Shown here: piece by piece, positions 25,701 to 38,972 of the stretch | Position numbering within the stretch: the first letter of the stretch is position 1 | Layout: every line of letters begins with the position of its first letter | NCBI GenBank assembly: GCA_030141605.1 | Contig: JAQGDQ010000041.1 | Coordinates: 806,001 to 870,000 of the forward strand | Length of the DNA stretch: 64,000 nt | Direction of reading: 5' to 3' | From: Tubiluchus corallicola | Lineage: Eukaryota > Animalia > Priapulida | Translations under genes and position numbers: made by a program | The notes under the pieces: model-generated | Seen by the model: only the letters and a program-made list of their open reading frames with translations | Database searches by the model: none | What the model was told of the DNA's origin: nothing

Positions 25701-28700
25701 GGATGTCATATATTATGAATGTTTATAGACACCTTGCCAGTAAGCCTGAAACAAAATGGCCACGATAGAAAAATTTATTCTAAAATTATAAGACATATAC
25801 ATTTATAAAACGTAATGCCTGAATGCATAATTGCATACGCCTTATGTGTAGTGAACAATTTCAAAATGTTACCCCAGTTTATTTATTTCTTTGGTTGGCA
25901 AAGCAGTTATCTCTTGCTGGCTGAGTTGCTGCAATATAGCATTTACATAAGCAGTAGTACCATTTTTAAAATTTTTGCTTAGCCTTGAAATGTTAACGAA
26001 ATATAGGCTTACCATATCTGTATTCATTCAAAAGAGGACAGTAAGTCTGTTATGTGGGAAAAAGCAACAGACTTTCTACACTTTAAGGTGTTTTTGAGCC
26101 CTTAAATTGGAAGAAACTTGTTATTTTATGTGCAACAGCTTCAACAACTTTCAGACATTTTGGTAAATCAACTAATCTAAAACTAAGTGACTAATTTGTC
26201 TGATATCATATTTTGATTAAGAAATAAAAAACATGCTCATTGATACTAAGTTAACTGTTATCTAATTGCCTACCTAGCTGTAGGTCTCCCATTACTTGAC
26301 AGTGTCTGATAGTCTTGTGGTCTCCAAAATTTTATGGCCAAGTAAAATCCCTTTCAATGACTCTATGCTGTTCATTTTTGTTGGCCATTGGTTTGCTTAA
26401 GTAAAAAATCATTTTAAATTTACTCTTTTTTGCAACAAATTTATACTGATTTGCAATATTCTAAAGATAGATTCAGGTTCATCAGCTGAGCAAAGGGCTT
26501 CACATAATTAACACCTTTTCCATTTGAGGTAAAAGCTACCAGTTGCTGCTAGACAAAAACACTTTGCATAATGAGATTCTGCTGTTTTCGGCTTACACAG
26601 GCAATGATTTTAATGTGAAAAAGAGGACGTGTCCTGGGAAATCTGGAACCAATTGCTTCTTAATGTAACATCACTTTTAATAAAAATTTATTCACTACTA
26701 CAGTACTTTAAGTAACGTAATACATTCTTATTTGTATAGCCACAAAATCCTTAATTACAAGTCTTACTGTCCATTTAAGGTATAATAACTTATATGTGTA
26801 TTTACCACACTGCAGCAGACTGGTACATTATGTCAGATGTACGTTATCACTTATTACTTTAGCATGTTAGTTTTATCTCGTATTAAAAACTTTGTTGTGC
26901 TTGAAAAACAGCTTGTATTATAGTCGTAATGTTTTCTTTACTGTCTTTAGGCGTTGGATATTTCACATTGCCATTGCTAGTTCATGCTGATGCTGCCCAT
27001 GTGCATGCTTGCGAGTGGAATCCAAATGCAATAGAAGCACTGCGGAGAAATCTTTCACTGAATTCCGTTGCAGGTAGATGCACAGTCTACGAGGGCGATA
27101 ACAAACTGGTACATAAATTAGCTCAAATAGCATATGTATAATGTAGTGCATTCAGGGTGCCCCAAACAAGGTATTATCCGGAACAGTTTCTCCGTCTTGA
27201 ACAGCAGTGAAAAATTAGGGATAAACAAACCAAATTGCCGAGCTGTAAAAGTCTACCTCCTAATATAAAGAAAATTCTGTCAAAGTCAGAATCAGGTTCC
27301 CAGAAGGGGGCTTGGGTTACGAAATGTCCTAAACCAAGATGTGCTACTTGCAACTACATTGTCGAATGTAAATCTTTTGTTGTAAAGTTAACAAAGGCAA
27401 CTTTTATTATTAAAAGGAAGTTAGACAGTACTAGATAATAACTTGCTCTGGCTGCCGAGAACAATATGTATGTGAAACTAGCACTAAACTGAGTACAAGG
27501 ATGATGGTACGTACACAATAAGGAACACATCTGTGACACCACACGGGGGGGGGGGGGGCGTTAAACACATTGATGAATGTAGCAAACAGGATTTTAATGT
27601 ACTACCTTTTTTCCAAGTCACAAAAGAAAATGTACAAAAGAACAAAAAGTAATAGAGGAGAAATTTATAAATATTATGAGACGAAAATTAAACCTCAAAA
27701 AACTAAATAGCTTAAAAAAAATTTCAGTGATAGTTGGCAGCACTGCATACTGCATACTCACTGTATCTGATCAGTGGTCAACACAGTGATCAACAGGCCT
27801 GTTGCCAATTAAAATGAAAGCTATGTGTAAACATTTTAATTGTATTCTATGTAATCATGGTGATCATGCATTAATATGCTTGGTTAGATACAAATGTAGG
27901 TAAAAATGGCACAGGAAAAAGTGATACAGGAAAAAATGCTACAGTAAAAAATGGCACAGGAAAAAATGGTACAAATGGAAAACTAGGTAAGAATCCCACA
28001 GGTAAAAATGGCACAGCAAAAAATGGCACGGCAAAAAATGGAACGGTCAAAAAATGGCACAGGGAAAAAATGGCACAAATGGAAATGTAGGTAAAATGGC
28101 ACAGGAAATAATGGCACACTTAATAATATATATGCTTAAGGTTAGGATCATGGTGGGGTATAATTATTTTAGTTATTTTTACCTCTACCAAGGAAGTTAT
28201 GCTTCAACACAGTTTGTTTGATTATTTTTTTGTCTGTTTTATAGCAGTAAGCCTGTTACGCAAAACCATCTAGCACATTTCCAAGAAACTTTGTGAAGAA
28301 AGGGTCTAGGTGCCAACATGGGAAACTTTTCTCAAACTTAACCAAACACAACATACAAAAAACATTCGTGAAGCATTTCATGGAGGTCTCAGAGGCAGTG
28401 TTTAGTATTTCTTTTTTGTTAGCTTCACCTGGACAAAAAACTACGAGTTAGTTCCAGTTCCTTTCGAGAAATTCTCGCTTGTAATACTGTTTAACCTTTG
28501 CTTATTAATGTGTATGGCCTTTAAGGTGACTTGGTACTTAGATATTTATCAGTCTATTATCATTGCTAAAATTAATGATTAAAAAGGTAGATAAGTGTGG
28601 ACCATTCGTGCATTCAATTGATTATAAATCTATCTAATGAACAAATTTTTTATGAGCTTTTTGTTAGTCTACATAATACCAATACAGGTACATTTTTGAA

Positions 28701-30417
28701 TTCTTATTTGTTTACCTTTGAGTTAAATTTTTGTAATCAAAAGAATCAAACGAATAAGTTTGGGATTGTTTCTGCGATTTACTTCCTACTGAGTGCATTA
28801 TACTTTTATTATAGAAATCAATTGCATCAAAATAACGTATGTGCCATTTTTCATACGTTTCCATTTGCGCCATTTTTACCTATTTTTCCATTTGTGCCAT
28901 TTTTTCCGGTCCCTTTTTTACCTATGCTGTTTTTTCCAGTGGCATTTATTCCTGTGCCATTTTTACCGTGCCATTCTTACCATGCCATTTTACCTACTAT
29001 TCCATTTTTTCCTGTGCCAGTTTTTCTTGTACCATTTGTTCCTCTGCCATTTTTACCTGTACCATACCATACACCAATAAGCTTGAATAAATACTCATTA
29101 ATGTAAGTTCAAGTACAACCACCCTTCACCCATTAATGATTTTTACTGGAATTTTATTAGCTTAATGTGTAAATAGTTGTTTACATGCTGTATGTTGAAT
29201 TCTTTTTGTTTCAGCCACCTGGTTATTATATAAATATATGAAACTAGGGCTAAAGTTTACAATTCCCTACACACAAGAAATTAGTTAGTTAAGCGGATTA
29301 GGAATAGTATAAAAGATAACATTAGGGTTATGTTATGACTAGGGTTAGGGTATTTAAATTGTGTGGGGAATTGTAAATTCCTTCCATATAAAATATATCT
29401 GTCTGTGTGTGTGTGTGTGTGCGTGTGCGTGTGCGTGTGTCTGTGTGCATGTGTCTGTGTGCGTGTGTGTGTGTTTGCGTGCGTGCATACGTGCGTGTGT
29501 GTGCTTGCGTGCGTGCGTGCATACGTGCGTGTGTGCTTGTATGTGTGTGTGTATGTATATATATATGTATATAATGCCTATAACTGTTTATGTGGTTTTC
29601 TATGCACAGTTTCTGAGTTTCTTAAAAATAAATACATATAACCGTACATATGAATTTATCTAATTAATGTTGTTGAACAAGAACAAGTTTATTAAAATCC
29701 ATACTGAATCTAAATGGGAATAAGATCATACGTAATGTGGGATAACATTTATCAAATATGCAAAACATATGAAATTACTATTCACAAGTACACTACAAGG
29801 CTAAAATTTTATATTTACAAGTTGCGTACTGTAACAATGTCTTATTTTAGGTTTGTCCTCATGATAGTGCTGATAGGGTTATTCTGGGATTAATACCAAC
29901 GTCTGACCAGAGCTGGCAGGTGGCGTGTGCTGCCTTGAAGTCAAGTACTGGTGGAATGCTTCATATTCACGGGAACGTCACTTCAGGTATTCTGCCTTCA
30001 CAACCCATGAGTGAAAGGTCGGATGCATGTACAGCCAAACAGTCATCATCACTTTCTCAAAAGAACTGTCAAACTTGCTGTGACTGTAAATGTGAATATA
30101 AATGTTTCTGCAAAAGCGATTGCTGCAGCTCATACAAAGTTGAAACAGATTGTCATGCTGTAACTGCTGAAGAGGATCTTGGTATTGCCACAGTGGCTTG
30201 CAAGGGCAGGTGTTACCAAAATTCAGGCGCATCTACTAACATTAATAATGCATGGACATACTGGGCTAATTCTACTGCCGCAAAGATATCGCATCTTTTG
30301 ACTGAAACGCATGGTGGAATTTGGAAGACTGAAGTGAAAGAGATAGTTAGAGTTAAGTCTTATGCACCACATATTGACCATTTAGTAGTAGATCTGTATT
30401 GTAAACCCATTAGGTAA
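19780..30417 (+). CDS. TRMT12: tRNA wybutosine-synthesizing protein 2 (SAM-dependent aminocarboxypropyltransferase); 5' end uncertain
   Basis: Phase-compatible exons 19780-19986, 21583-21733, 24984-25093, 26951-27108 and 29851-30417. They encode [73 protein letters not shown] and [15 protein letters not shown], all TYW2 hallmarks. AATAAA at about 30435. Confidence 0.93.
20762..21444. mobile_element. MITE-like element with inverted subterminal repeats (gacatttgggca / tgcccagatgtc)
   Basis: Tandem gacatttgggc units at 20763-20822 and their reverse complements at 21393-21440. Confidence 0.65.
21899..22138 (-). mobile_element. Small Helitron-like insert bounded by an 18-bp direct repeat
   Basis: tatatctttaattattta at 21899-21916 and 22121-22138. 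The minus-strand end has hairpin cgcaaaa-tc-ttttgcg followed by ...CTAG (21917-21920). Confidence 0.55.
24147..24934. mobile_element. Tc1/mariner-pogo-type MITE, 788 bp, TA target duplication
   Basis: TA|CAGTAAGCGCCGCTTAATAGACTCA ... TGAGTCTATTAAGCGGTGCCTACTG|TA: a near-perfect 25-bp TIR with CAGT ends. Confidence 0.9.
27230..27810 (+). mobile_element. Penelope-like retroelement fragment (GIY-YIG endonuclease region), decayed
   Basis: PPNIKKIL...[15 protein letters not shown]...FIIK, then a frameshift to [23 protein letters not shown]. This is the PLE linker Cys motif plus the second half of the GIY-YIG motif (CxxC..YVGET..L..R). Confidence 0.8.
27891..29070. mobile_element. Foldback-like element with long inverted arrays of AAAAATGGCACAGG (same family as 18462-19233)
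   Basis: Array at 27896-28119 and reverse-complement array at 28840-29065 enclose a non-coding core shared with the 18.5-kb copy. This element explains the spurious CHF/VPF-repeat ORFs. Confidence 0.85.
29401..29572. repeat. Imperfect (GT)n/(GTGC)n/(AT)n microsatellite
   Basis: Direct inspection. Confidence 0.95.
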
Positions 30418-30635
30418 CGTTTGGTTTTTCAGTAAATAAAATTAATTTGAAATTTGGTTTTCTGAAGGGTGGAACAGTCTTATATGCTTTAGAGTAAGTT
30501 AATTAATTAATTAGAGAAATTTAGTTTCACAGGAATGACATGTAGAGCTTTCATGAAACTAATTTGTGATCAATTGAAAACCTGTTCACATGCAATGATT
30601 GTATGATTTTAGATTCTTTTTTGTGTTTATATTGG

Positions 30636-33600
30636 TTAGAATTTTTCAGGAATATCACCATCGCTCATGTACGTTGAATTTGCAAAGACGGGCGGTACCT
30701 TCTCTTTAGTAACACAGACTTCCTTGTTTTCTTCTACACTGCTTATAGTATTCTGCTCTGTTTTTGAAGTTTTGGATAGTTTAATGATAGCTATGATTTC
30801 CACAGTTACAAGAATTAACAGCAAACAGCAGATCGCAAGCAACACCCATACAATAATCAGTACAGTATCGGTTTCATCTTCTGGTTCCTCAGTTGGCATT
30901 TCAGTGGTTTTAGTGGTTGTAGGTCTGGTGAAAGTGAATGAAAATGTTGGACGCCAAGTGGTGGTGGATCTTGTTGTAGTCGACTCATCTGTAGCTGTTG
31001 TAGGCAATGTAAATGGTGGCCTTGTACTTGATGGTCCCGTGGTTGGAGGCGTTATGGTTGTCGTGTCATTACTGACATCAAAAATACTGGTTGTATTTTC
31101 TAGCTCATAAATATAGTTGTTCCAGTACTGGTTTGCACGAGCGGCATAATGCTGTTCAAGGGTAGAATTCTCATCTAGCCGTAAAAAGTATCGTGTGTTG
31201 TTTTCGTACTTCTGCCAGATTACAGCATCTTCTTTGGTTTTCTCAGGTGTCGGATCTCTGTTAACAATAAGGAATTCAGTTAACAGCAAGCAGTTAACGA
31301 GAAGTAGTTATGTACTTTATAACATATGAATGACACATAAGTGACATCAGCATAGCTATTGCTGTGCTTCAGTGTCGGTACAAAGTTCACTATGGAACTA
31401 AACGTAAAACTCGCAGAGAAAGAGGATATTCAAAAATGAGTCTTTTGACATCTAAACTTGGAGCACATAGTTGACATTTGTAAGCTATAATTTATGGATT
31501 ACACACTAGATACTTACTTATAATTTTTTATTGATTCGCACATAATTTGTTAATTAGCTTACCCATGTTTTGCAAAGTTTGTCCACAGGTCCATCATGTA
31601 GTCACTAAATATTTCATCTCTTTCTTGCAGAATCCAGTTTCCGGGCTGTATACATATTAACTCATTAAAGCAGATGGTAGCATTGCTCCAAGCCATCCCA
31701 AAAACATAGAAAATGTCTGTCCCGTGTATCACCACTGAAACAAAATTAGTTTGCTTGTTTAATGCCATGAATGAAGGTGTGACGCGTAACCCTGTTTGAC
31801 TACTGGCCAAAGACTGAAATATTTATAGCATCTTTAGGGTCATTTTTTGTTTAATCATGTAAAGGTCTTAGGCAGGTTTTAGAAGATGATTTTCAGGTCA
31901 GATGGAAAAAACTGACTAAACTACTTTTTTAGTTCTATAGGTTATAATTTGCACAATACTTGGTTTAAAAGGAGAATTTTCAGAAATGAAGTCAAGTGCA
32001 TAAACCCAAACGGATCCCTCATTCCAGCTATGATAAAGTGATTCCTGGTCCATTGGAGCTTTTATTCCACCATCTCCAAGCATCTGTGAAAAAGTTATAT
32101 AAACCTGTTATTGGAACAGTGCTAATTATAAAAGTTCTGAACTTTTTCATAGTTATTTCTCTGCCAACTGCTTTTTTCTAGATGTCACTCATGTTAGTCA
32201 CAACCAATGAAGGGGCAATTGAAAAATCACATGAACGAGAAGCTAAAATGGCTTGTGGTACATTAGTGCAGGGCCTAAATCTGCCAAATGAATTATCTGT
32301 AGATTGTTGGCTCACTGCAGCTTGAAGAGTGCAGAATGAAATCAGTCCGTCTAAAGAAGATGAAAGGTGTTTTGAAAGATACAGCAAAAAACAATGGATT
32401 ATAATATATCTTCTAAATTATAAAAATTGCTTTTTACAGGAACAGATTTTTATTGCTAGCTTTTCAACAGTATCACATTTTTTGAAGGTGGAAAACCATT
32501 AAATTTGGTGTTTTAGCCTATATGAAAAGATGGCAATTTGATGTTACCTTAGGCAATGCATCGTTTTTCAGCAGGTTGCATTGGCATGTTTGGAAATGTC
32601 TCTGTTAAAACAGTTCTACGCAATTTTTCCAAAAATGTGTGTTTTTATTAACCATATTGTTGAATATACTACGTTTCCTAGCATGTTTTGCAGAATTAAT
32701 TAGGACTACCTCTGTTGCTGATATGATGGCATTCCACGGTCTTTCCCCCACGACAAGGTTAAGGATAGGTCGATCTTCAGCAGTTCTCATTCCTATGGGA
32801 TCATCCCAGTTTGTATATTCAAAAATGATTGCATCTCTAAGAGCATATACAGGATCGTAGAAATGACCTTTTTCCAGTAGAATCGGTGTTATGTAATTTG
32901 CAAATATGTCGTAAGTGACATCGAGGGCCGGAACGTCAGCATATACAGACCTTTGGAAAGATGATTAAAAAAATTCTTAAGTATTATTTTGAAAATAAAA
33001 GCTAAAATGCAAGATTGCGTTGGTTTGTGGAATATCAGTTGGATAAATATCAAATGTATGTCATAACACATCGAAAATTATTTGGCTTTAAACGATATAT
33101 GAAATCTATTCTGCTCAAATCTTACTTATAATGCATTTTTGGTTTTAGCCGTGAAGTGCAATAGTTACAGTACATCCCGTGACTGGTTACTTTACAGTTT
33201 ATATTTTCATACTTTTGCATCACGTTTCTGTTGAACTCCTTTCTATTTCATTTCTCTTCTCGTTTTCTCTATCTTATTCTATTATTTTATCTTAACTATT
33301 CCCTGTTTTTCTATATTTTTTCTTTTGTTAATTAAGCAGTTTTTTCTCCTCTTTTCATGGTGGTCTCACAAGCTTTGCTTCTTGACCACCATGCAGCTTA
33401 TATTTACTGTTGATAAACTATTATGTAGTTAGTAACTATATTAATATAGTTCTTTTACAATTATTGTAATTACTATTGATTTGATGTATAACAGTTATAA
33501 TGTGATAATGTAATTATGCTGAAGTGGACAATAAATTATGAATTACAAATCAGTTTTGGGATTTACACTGTGCTTGGAAACTTTCAGACAACTGATGAGG

Positions 33601-36600
33601 ACTAGTAAGATAGATATGGGATTTAAAACTTATTTTATCTGTTTTAGTAGTTTGGACAAATTAATATAAATTCAGTTTTGTGTGTCTGATTCTGACCATG
33701 CACTGACATTCTCCTTTCTTTTAAGCTTTTAATATATTATTTAGGCTTCTTACAAATACATCTAGGTTCCTCATAACTATGTTAATGGGGCTAGTTTTCT
33801 TAATAAATGTTGTATAGAGGAATAAAAAGTATGCTACACACATTTGGAAATTATTATGTTGGTTGAGGTTGTTTTTTAAATCAGTTTTAAGTGCCATCCT
33901 GACTTGTCAATGTTTATATTGGTAAATTTATTAATTCCGTAATTACTAATAATGTTATTTATGTTTTAGGTGTGCTTTTTTTTAATAGTTGAGTATTACA
34001 GTCTGGCTTTCCTTGAAGATTACTAGTTTGTTCAGTATAAGTGAGCAGTTTGAGGCTTTGAGTCCACTTACAATAATGAAAATCCTTCGTCTTTTGTAGC
34101 TCCTGTGATTAATTTAACATCTTTGTTGTACAACCCAGCACTGAGCAGAAAATCTGGCATGTCTGTCAGAAACTTTCCATCAACAACTGGAGCAAATGGT
34201 ACTGCAGAATCGTATTTCTGAAAATTGGAATGCATGAGCAAAATGACATTCTGTTTAGGTGGCTAGTTTTGTTTTGTTATCTTCTGAGTATTGAAATAAT
34301 TGTAGAGAAATTAACTTAAGTATTTTATTATTTTTTTGCTTTATAGTACCATACTCAGTAGTATGTTCAAACATTCTTTCTCATTATGGAGTTTTACCGA
34401 TTCTACAGAGTTTCCCCAATTCCCCCTGGCCTGGCAGAAATTCCATTCTTGGGAGTCAAGTGACTCGGACTGCCTCCTGTTTGAGAATCGCTGTTTTGGG
34501 TGTTATGCTGGTCCTTCTCATTAATAGCTCTTTTAATCTCAATTGAGTTTAATCTAATAATAGAGTTTAACATTACATGTACTTAGTACTAGTTGTGGTG
34601 AGTGTAAGCGTGTGTTATTATTCAAATAAACATACTGGTATTTGTTGTTCCATCAGTGTGACGCCATCTATTTCACGTAAGCATTCTACCATAGCTTCTT
34701 CCTCCTCTGGTGTATTCGTATCTGTTGGACAGTCTACCAACTCAGCTAAGCGCTTGGTGAATTTTAGAGGCTCTGGTTCAACTGACCAAATGCACATTGA
34801 GCTGCCACTTTGTGCAATAACATTGTGAAAGAGACCTGAAACCATTTCCAATAATATTTACATGGTGTGAGTTAATATCAGTTGATCTCTTTGTTTTTTC
34901 AACCATCAGGAGGCATATGAATATGCTTTTGTGGGCTTTGACAGTTTGCAACAAAATACTCAGTAGAACACTAAGACATAGGCAGCACAGAATATTGTTA
35001 GACAACAAATATGTTCAGGAAATATTGCCAAGACGTTGGTACAATGTCGAATAGTTTTGTCTAATATTGGTACAACATTTCCATATTTGCTAAAATATTG
35101 TAACAACATAGGTACAATAATTTTGTGCTGCCTGACGATGCCTCAGTATAAAGGAGACATAGGACTACGTCACAAAATTTAATGTTGGTTTTTGCTAAAG
35201 GATTCTGAGCTTCATATTGGCGTAGAGATGAGACATTTTCATTATTTAGAATATACGTGAATGCGAGTTTTGGATTATTTAGACAATATATGGTAACATG
35301 AAAATTGTTACTTCATACTGTAATAAATTATTATGTTTCATACACTATCGTTATCATAAAAGACTGAGACTGAAACACACAATTGAGACAGCATGACAAC
35401 CTGCCAATGAAAGCCAGGATGAGATGAGTCTACTGGTGCGCTTCCAATGTCATAGAGATTGTATGTTATAAGCAGCGCATCCACGAAAAGATATTGCTGT
35501 TCCAATATATCGATTTGCCGATATATTGGCTGCTGATCTGTGATCAGGTCCAGTAATCGGCGATTCTTTCGAAGATCGGTTTGCAGCGATGAAATATTGG
35601 TATTAGGATCGGAATCAGTGAATTCATGATCGGAACCACTGTGCTGTTTGAATTGTTTACCTATGACTGCTGTATGCAGCCATGTTTGTAGAAAGAGATT
35701 TCCATATCTCCAGCCATTTACAGCTTACCTTTATGATTTAATGCATAATGCATTTTGTATTTATACATAATGAATTTAACAGTTTTTTTATTTAATATTA
35801 GAATGTGGAAGAAAAACGTGTGTTAGCGTTTTCTGATAAACGTGTGTTGTCGACAACTGGTCAGTGATCGGGTTTTTGAAAAATGTGATCAGTGAATCAA
35901 TCGGAAATCGTGTTTAAAAAGATTGCGATCGGCATTTGGGTCAGAATCGGTAAAGCTGAGTTCGGTAAAATACTGTGAGGGTCCTGAAGGAGAATTATTG
36001 TTTGGTTTATAATGTTGAAGAGTTCCATCAAGACTAAAACTAGTACAATTATTAGAAATACCAAAAGGAAAAATCTAAGTAGATAGTATGTCAAAATTGT
36101 AAATCCAAATAATTATCTATGAAATTTGTAATTTTAGTGATGTGAAATTAGTAATTTCAGTTTCTGCAATGAAACATTTGATTACCTTCTGATAAAGGTG
36201 ATAACATATGAAGTGAAACTGATGAGGCACCAGCGCTTTCTCCAAATATAGTAACGCGGTCTTTATCTCCGTTGAAGACGTGGATGTTTTTTTGTACCCA
36301 TTTCATGATTTCAATTTGATCATGCATCCCGAAGTTGCCAGGCACCAAGTCACTTTCGGTACTCATGTAACCTGATTGAAAAGTTTAGCTAGGATAAATT
36401 AAACATCTCTTTCTATATAGTTTCTATAGGAAAAACAAAGAAAAGCAGTATGGCCTTGAATTATATTACAAAACTGCAGTTCTTGAATTGAAGTAGGACT
36501 CTATTTTGTATACTAGCATTTGTAAGATAGCTTATTCGTAATTCGTTAGGTATAGTTATGTATTATATGTACCGATAAAATGTTTGTACTTTGAAAGTGA

Positions 36601-38972
36601 GAACTTCTGATATTGTGCATAAATTAGGAGTGTTTATAGGAAATACTACAACGATGGCCAATAAATGACTGCTAGTAATAACACAAAATGCATGTTTACT
36701 AAAACACACGTCCCAAAAAAGAATTATTATGATAGTATCTCCTTTTTACCCATTATTCCGAGACGGTAATTGCCACTAACTACGATGACGTTCTTGCGAA
36801 CCAGTTCTTCTCCGTGGTACATAGGATTTCCACTCCAGTCCATGTTGTAGCCACCTCCATGAATCCATATCATAACAGCCAATTTCTCTTGTCCGCCCGC
36901 GTTTAACTACAAATCAATTTAAAACACGACATGTCACAGCAATTGTCTTCAACAAATTACACTCCAGAAATAAAATATCATGTTGAAATGCAGTCTTTGC
37001 AGACTTTCTGTACAATTATTTTCTATTTTGAGTTTTGACAGAGTATTGCGTATTCAGTTTTGTTATAGATATTACAATAGACTATTACACAAAATGTCCC
37101 GTTTAACTAATTGTAATTACAATGTATAATTTTGGCGTGGTATTGGAAACGGAGTTGATTGCTTTTTAAGTGTGATACCCTGACCCCGTTGTTTATGTCG
37201 CTCGTAGCACAGTGCAAGTATGTTCAGCACTTAACGCAGGTCCTATTAATGGTGTGCTGCAGGACTGGAACTTTTCTCCTTAGTCAGAATAATTTTCAGA
37301 GGTGAGACGCTGACTGGTAGACGGGTGGAGGTGTCAGTCTGAATGCCATGAAAACCGATTCGTAAAAGCTACTGTTGAAATTTTACTACTTATGATCCAG
37401 AGAAACTAATTGTCCTTAGAGAAACGCAAATATTCAGCAATTTATTCCGTGCAAAAAATCTGAAACTTGGAACCAGTCTTTCACGCGTAGGTAGCAAAAC
37501 TAGCAAAACAGTTCGTTACACTTCATTTGTTAAATGAAGTTGTGTGGTGCGTAAGCTTCAGAAGCTTGGTACAGGTGATCTGTCGCTTTTCTGTTTTTTT
37601 CAAATCGAATCCGCTGGGATCCACCTATGATATCCTTTTACCGGTGACCCACTTAGGTATCGCAGTTGTTACTGAATTATCAATTACTGTGTTGAAGCAG
37701 CACTTTGATGAGTTAGTAAAGAAAATGATTAAATTTGCGCAGATAATCAACGAAATATGAATGCATTTTTGGTTATTGAAACTCACGTCAGGTGCATAAA
37801 CATTTAAGCTTAAACAATCTTCGCTCATTTCTGTCAAACCCGTGTAAGTTTGAAGTTTTCCATCTCGTTGTATACAACCAGGTCCATACTCCGACGCATC
37901 TAGAACGTTTTGCCATGGTTCGATTGGTTGTGGTAGCTAAACACAACAAGTAAATATCGTGTCACGTTGCTGGTTTTTGCAAGTATAAAAGTAATCAATT
38001 TGAAAACGATAAACACGTTCACTTTTTGTCTGCAATAATATTAAAAGTTGTAAAAAAGTTATTCGTTCTGTTCTGGATGAAACTGGACGCTTTTTTTTAA
38101 ATAAAAGTTTCAAAATAAATCGTGTTTGCCTTTCTGATATCTCAGCTTCTCAGACAAGCATTTTAAAATTGCGCGCAGATCAAATGTGGATTTAAAGATA
38201 CTATATTTACAAAATACTTATATTTATTTAATTTACAACATTCTTTCAAGGAGGCGCAGTTGAACGCCCATAGAATAATTCAGGTTACCCAAAACCAAAA
38301 GTGTTCAAACATAGTTGGCCAAGACCTATATTATAAAATAGCAGAAAAGCTTTCAAAACAAATCAGATCAGCATGATGGATTATTGGCTGTGTTTGGATA
38401 ACTTACGCGTGTTCTGTGTCTTATCTGTTCTAGCTTAAACAAACCTGTTAAACCTGCTCTGTCTGCGGTATAATATATAGCTTGTAGACATATGTATTCT
38501 GATTATTTTAATAAGAAATTTGCTAGAAATTTCCTCTGTTTTTAGTGCACATGTATGTAATCTTGGGAGTTTTTAACAACTCCAAATGTAAACTATAGCT
38601 CGACTTTTATTAAATAATCACATTTTTTTAAGTTAGTACACCATGCATGCGTTACGATGTCTGTATCGCCTTAGTAAAATGCAGTTAACGTGCTTTTGTA
38701 TGGTAAAAGGCTCACGTAATTGCATTCTGTAGCTTCATACATGTTTATTTATTTGACAAATATTAAAAATAATAATAAATTTGACGTACCTTCCACCTTA
38801 GTTGTCCAACAGGTGGTTCTGCATAGGGAATTCCACGGAAAATGCTTACAGGTGTGCCATCATGTGCTTTGCCAGTAACTCCTCTCACTCTACCTGTACT
38901 AATTTCCACTTCAATTGCTTCAGTTAGTACCCAAACAAATGAAGCAATAATTGCAATCTGTGATAAAAACAT
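30636..38972 (-). CDS. Type-B carboxylesterase/cholinesterase-family protein, type-I membrane anchored (copy 1)
   Basis: Ten phase-compatible exons: 38972-38790, 37936-37787, 36906-36750, 36371-36186, 34835-34636, 34217-34072, 32950-32710, 32083-31960, 31734-31563, 31257-30636. Signal peptide, [55 protein letters not shown], Thr-rich stalk, TM helix [27 protein letters not shown], short tail. An in-frame ATG also lies at 38996. Confidence 0.93.
34980..35133. mobile_element. Small MITE with terminal inverted repeats
   Basis: aggcagcacagaatattgt ... acaataattttgtgctgcct. Confidence 0.6.

Noticed and set aside
27896-28119. Regularly repeated units superficially like a CRISPR array (also 58203-58290)
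   Set aside because: Tandem units without unique spacers, eukaryotic context and no cas genes.
27871-29106. ORFs rich in CHF/VPFF repeats
   Set aside because: Translations of the 15-bp arrays of a non-autonomous transposon.
29328-29663. CV/HT-repeat ORFs (also at 45900-46254)
   Set aside because: Microsatellite translations.
30667-31110. Plus-strand 147-aa Val-rich ORF (and the similar one at 42299-42628)
   Set aside because: Antisense shadow of the Thr-rich stalk/TM exon of the esterases.
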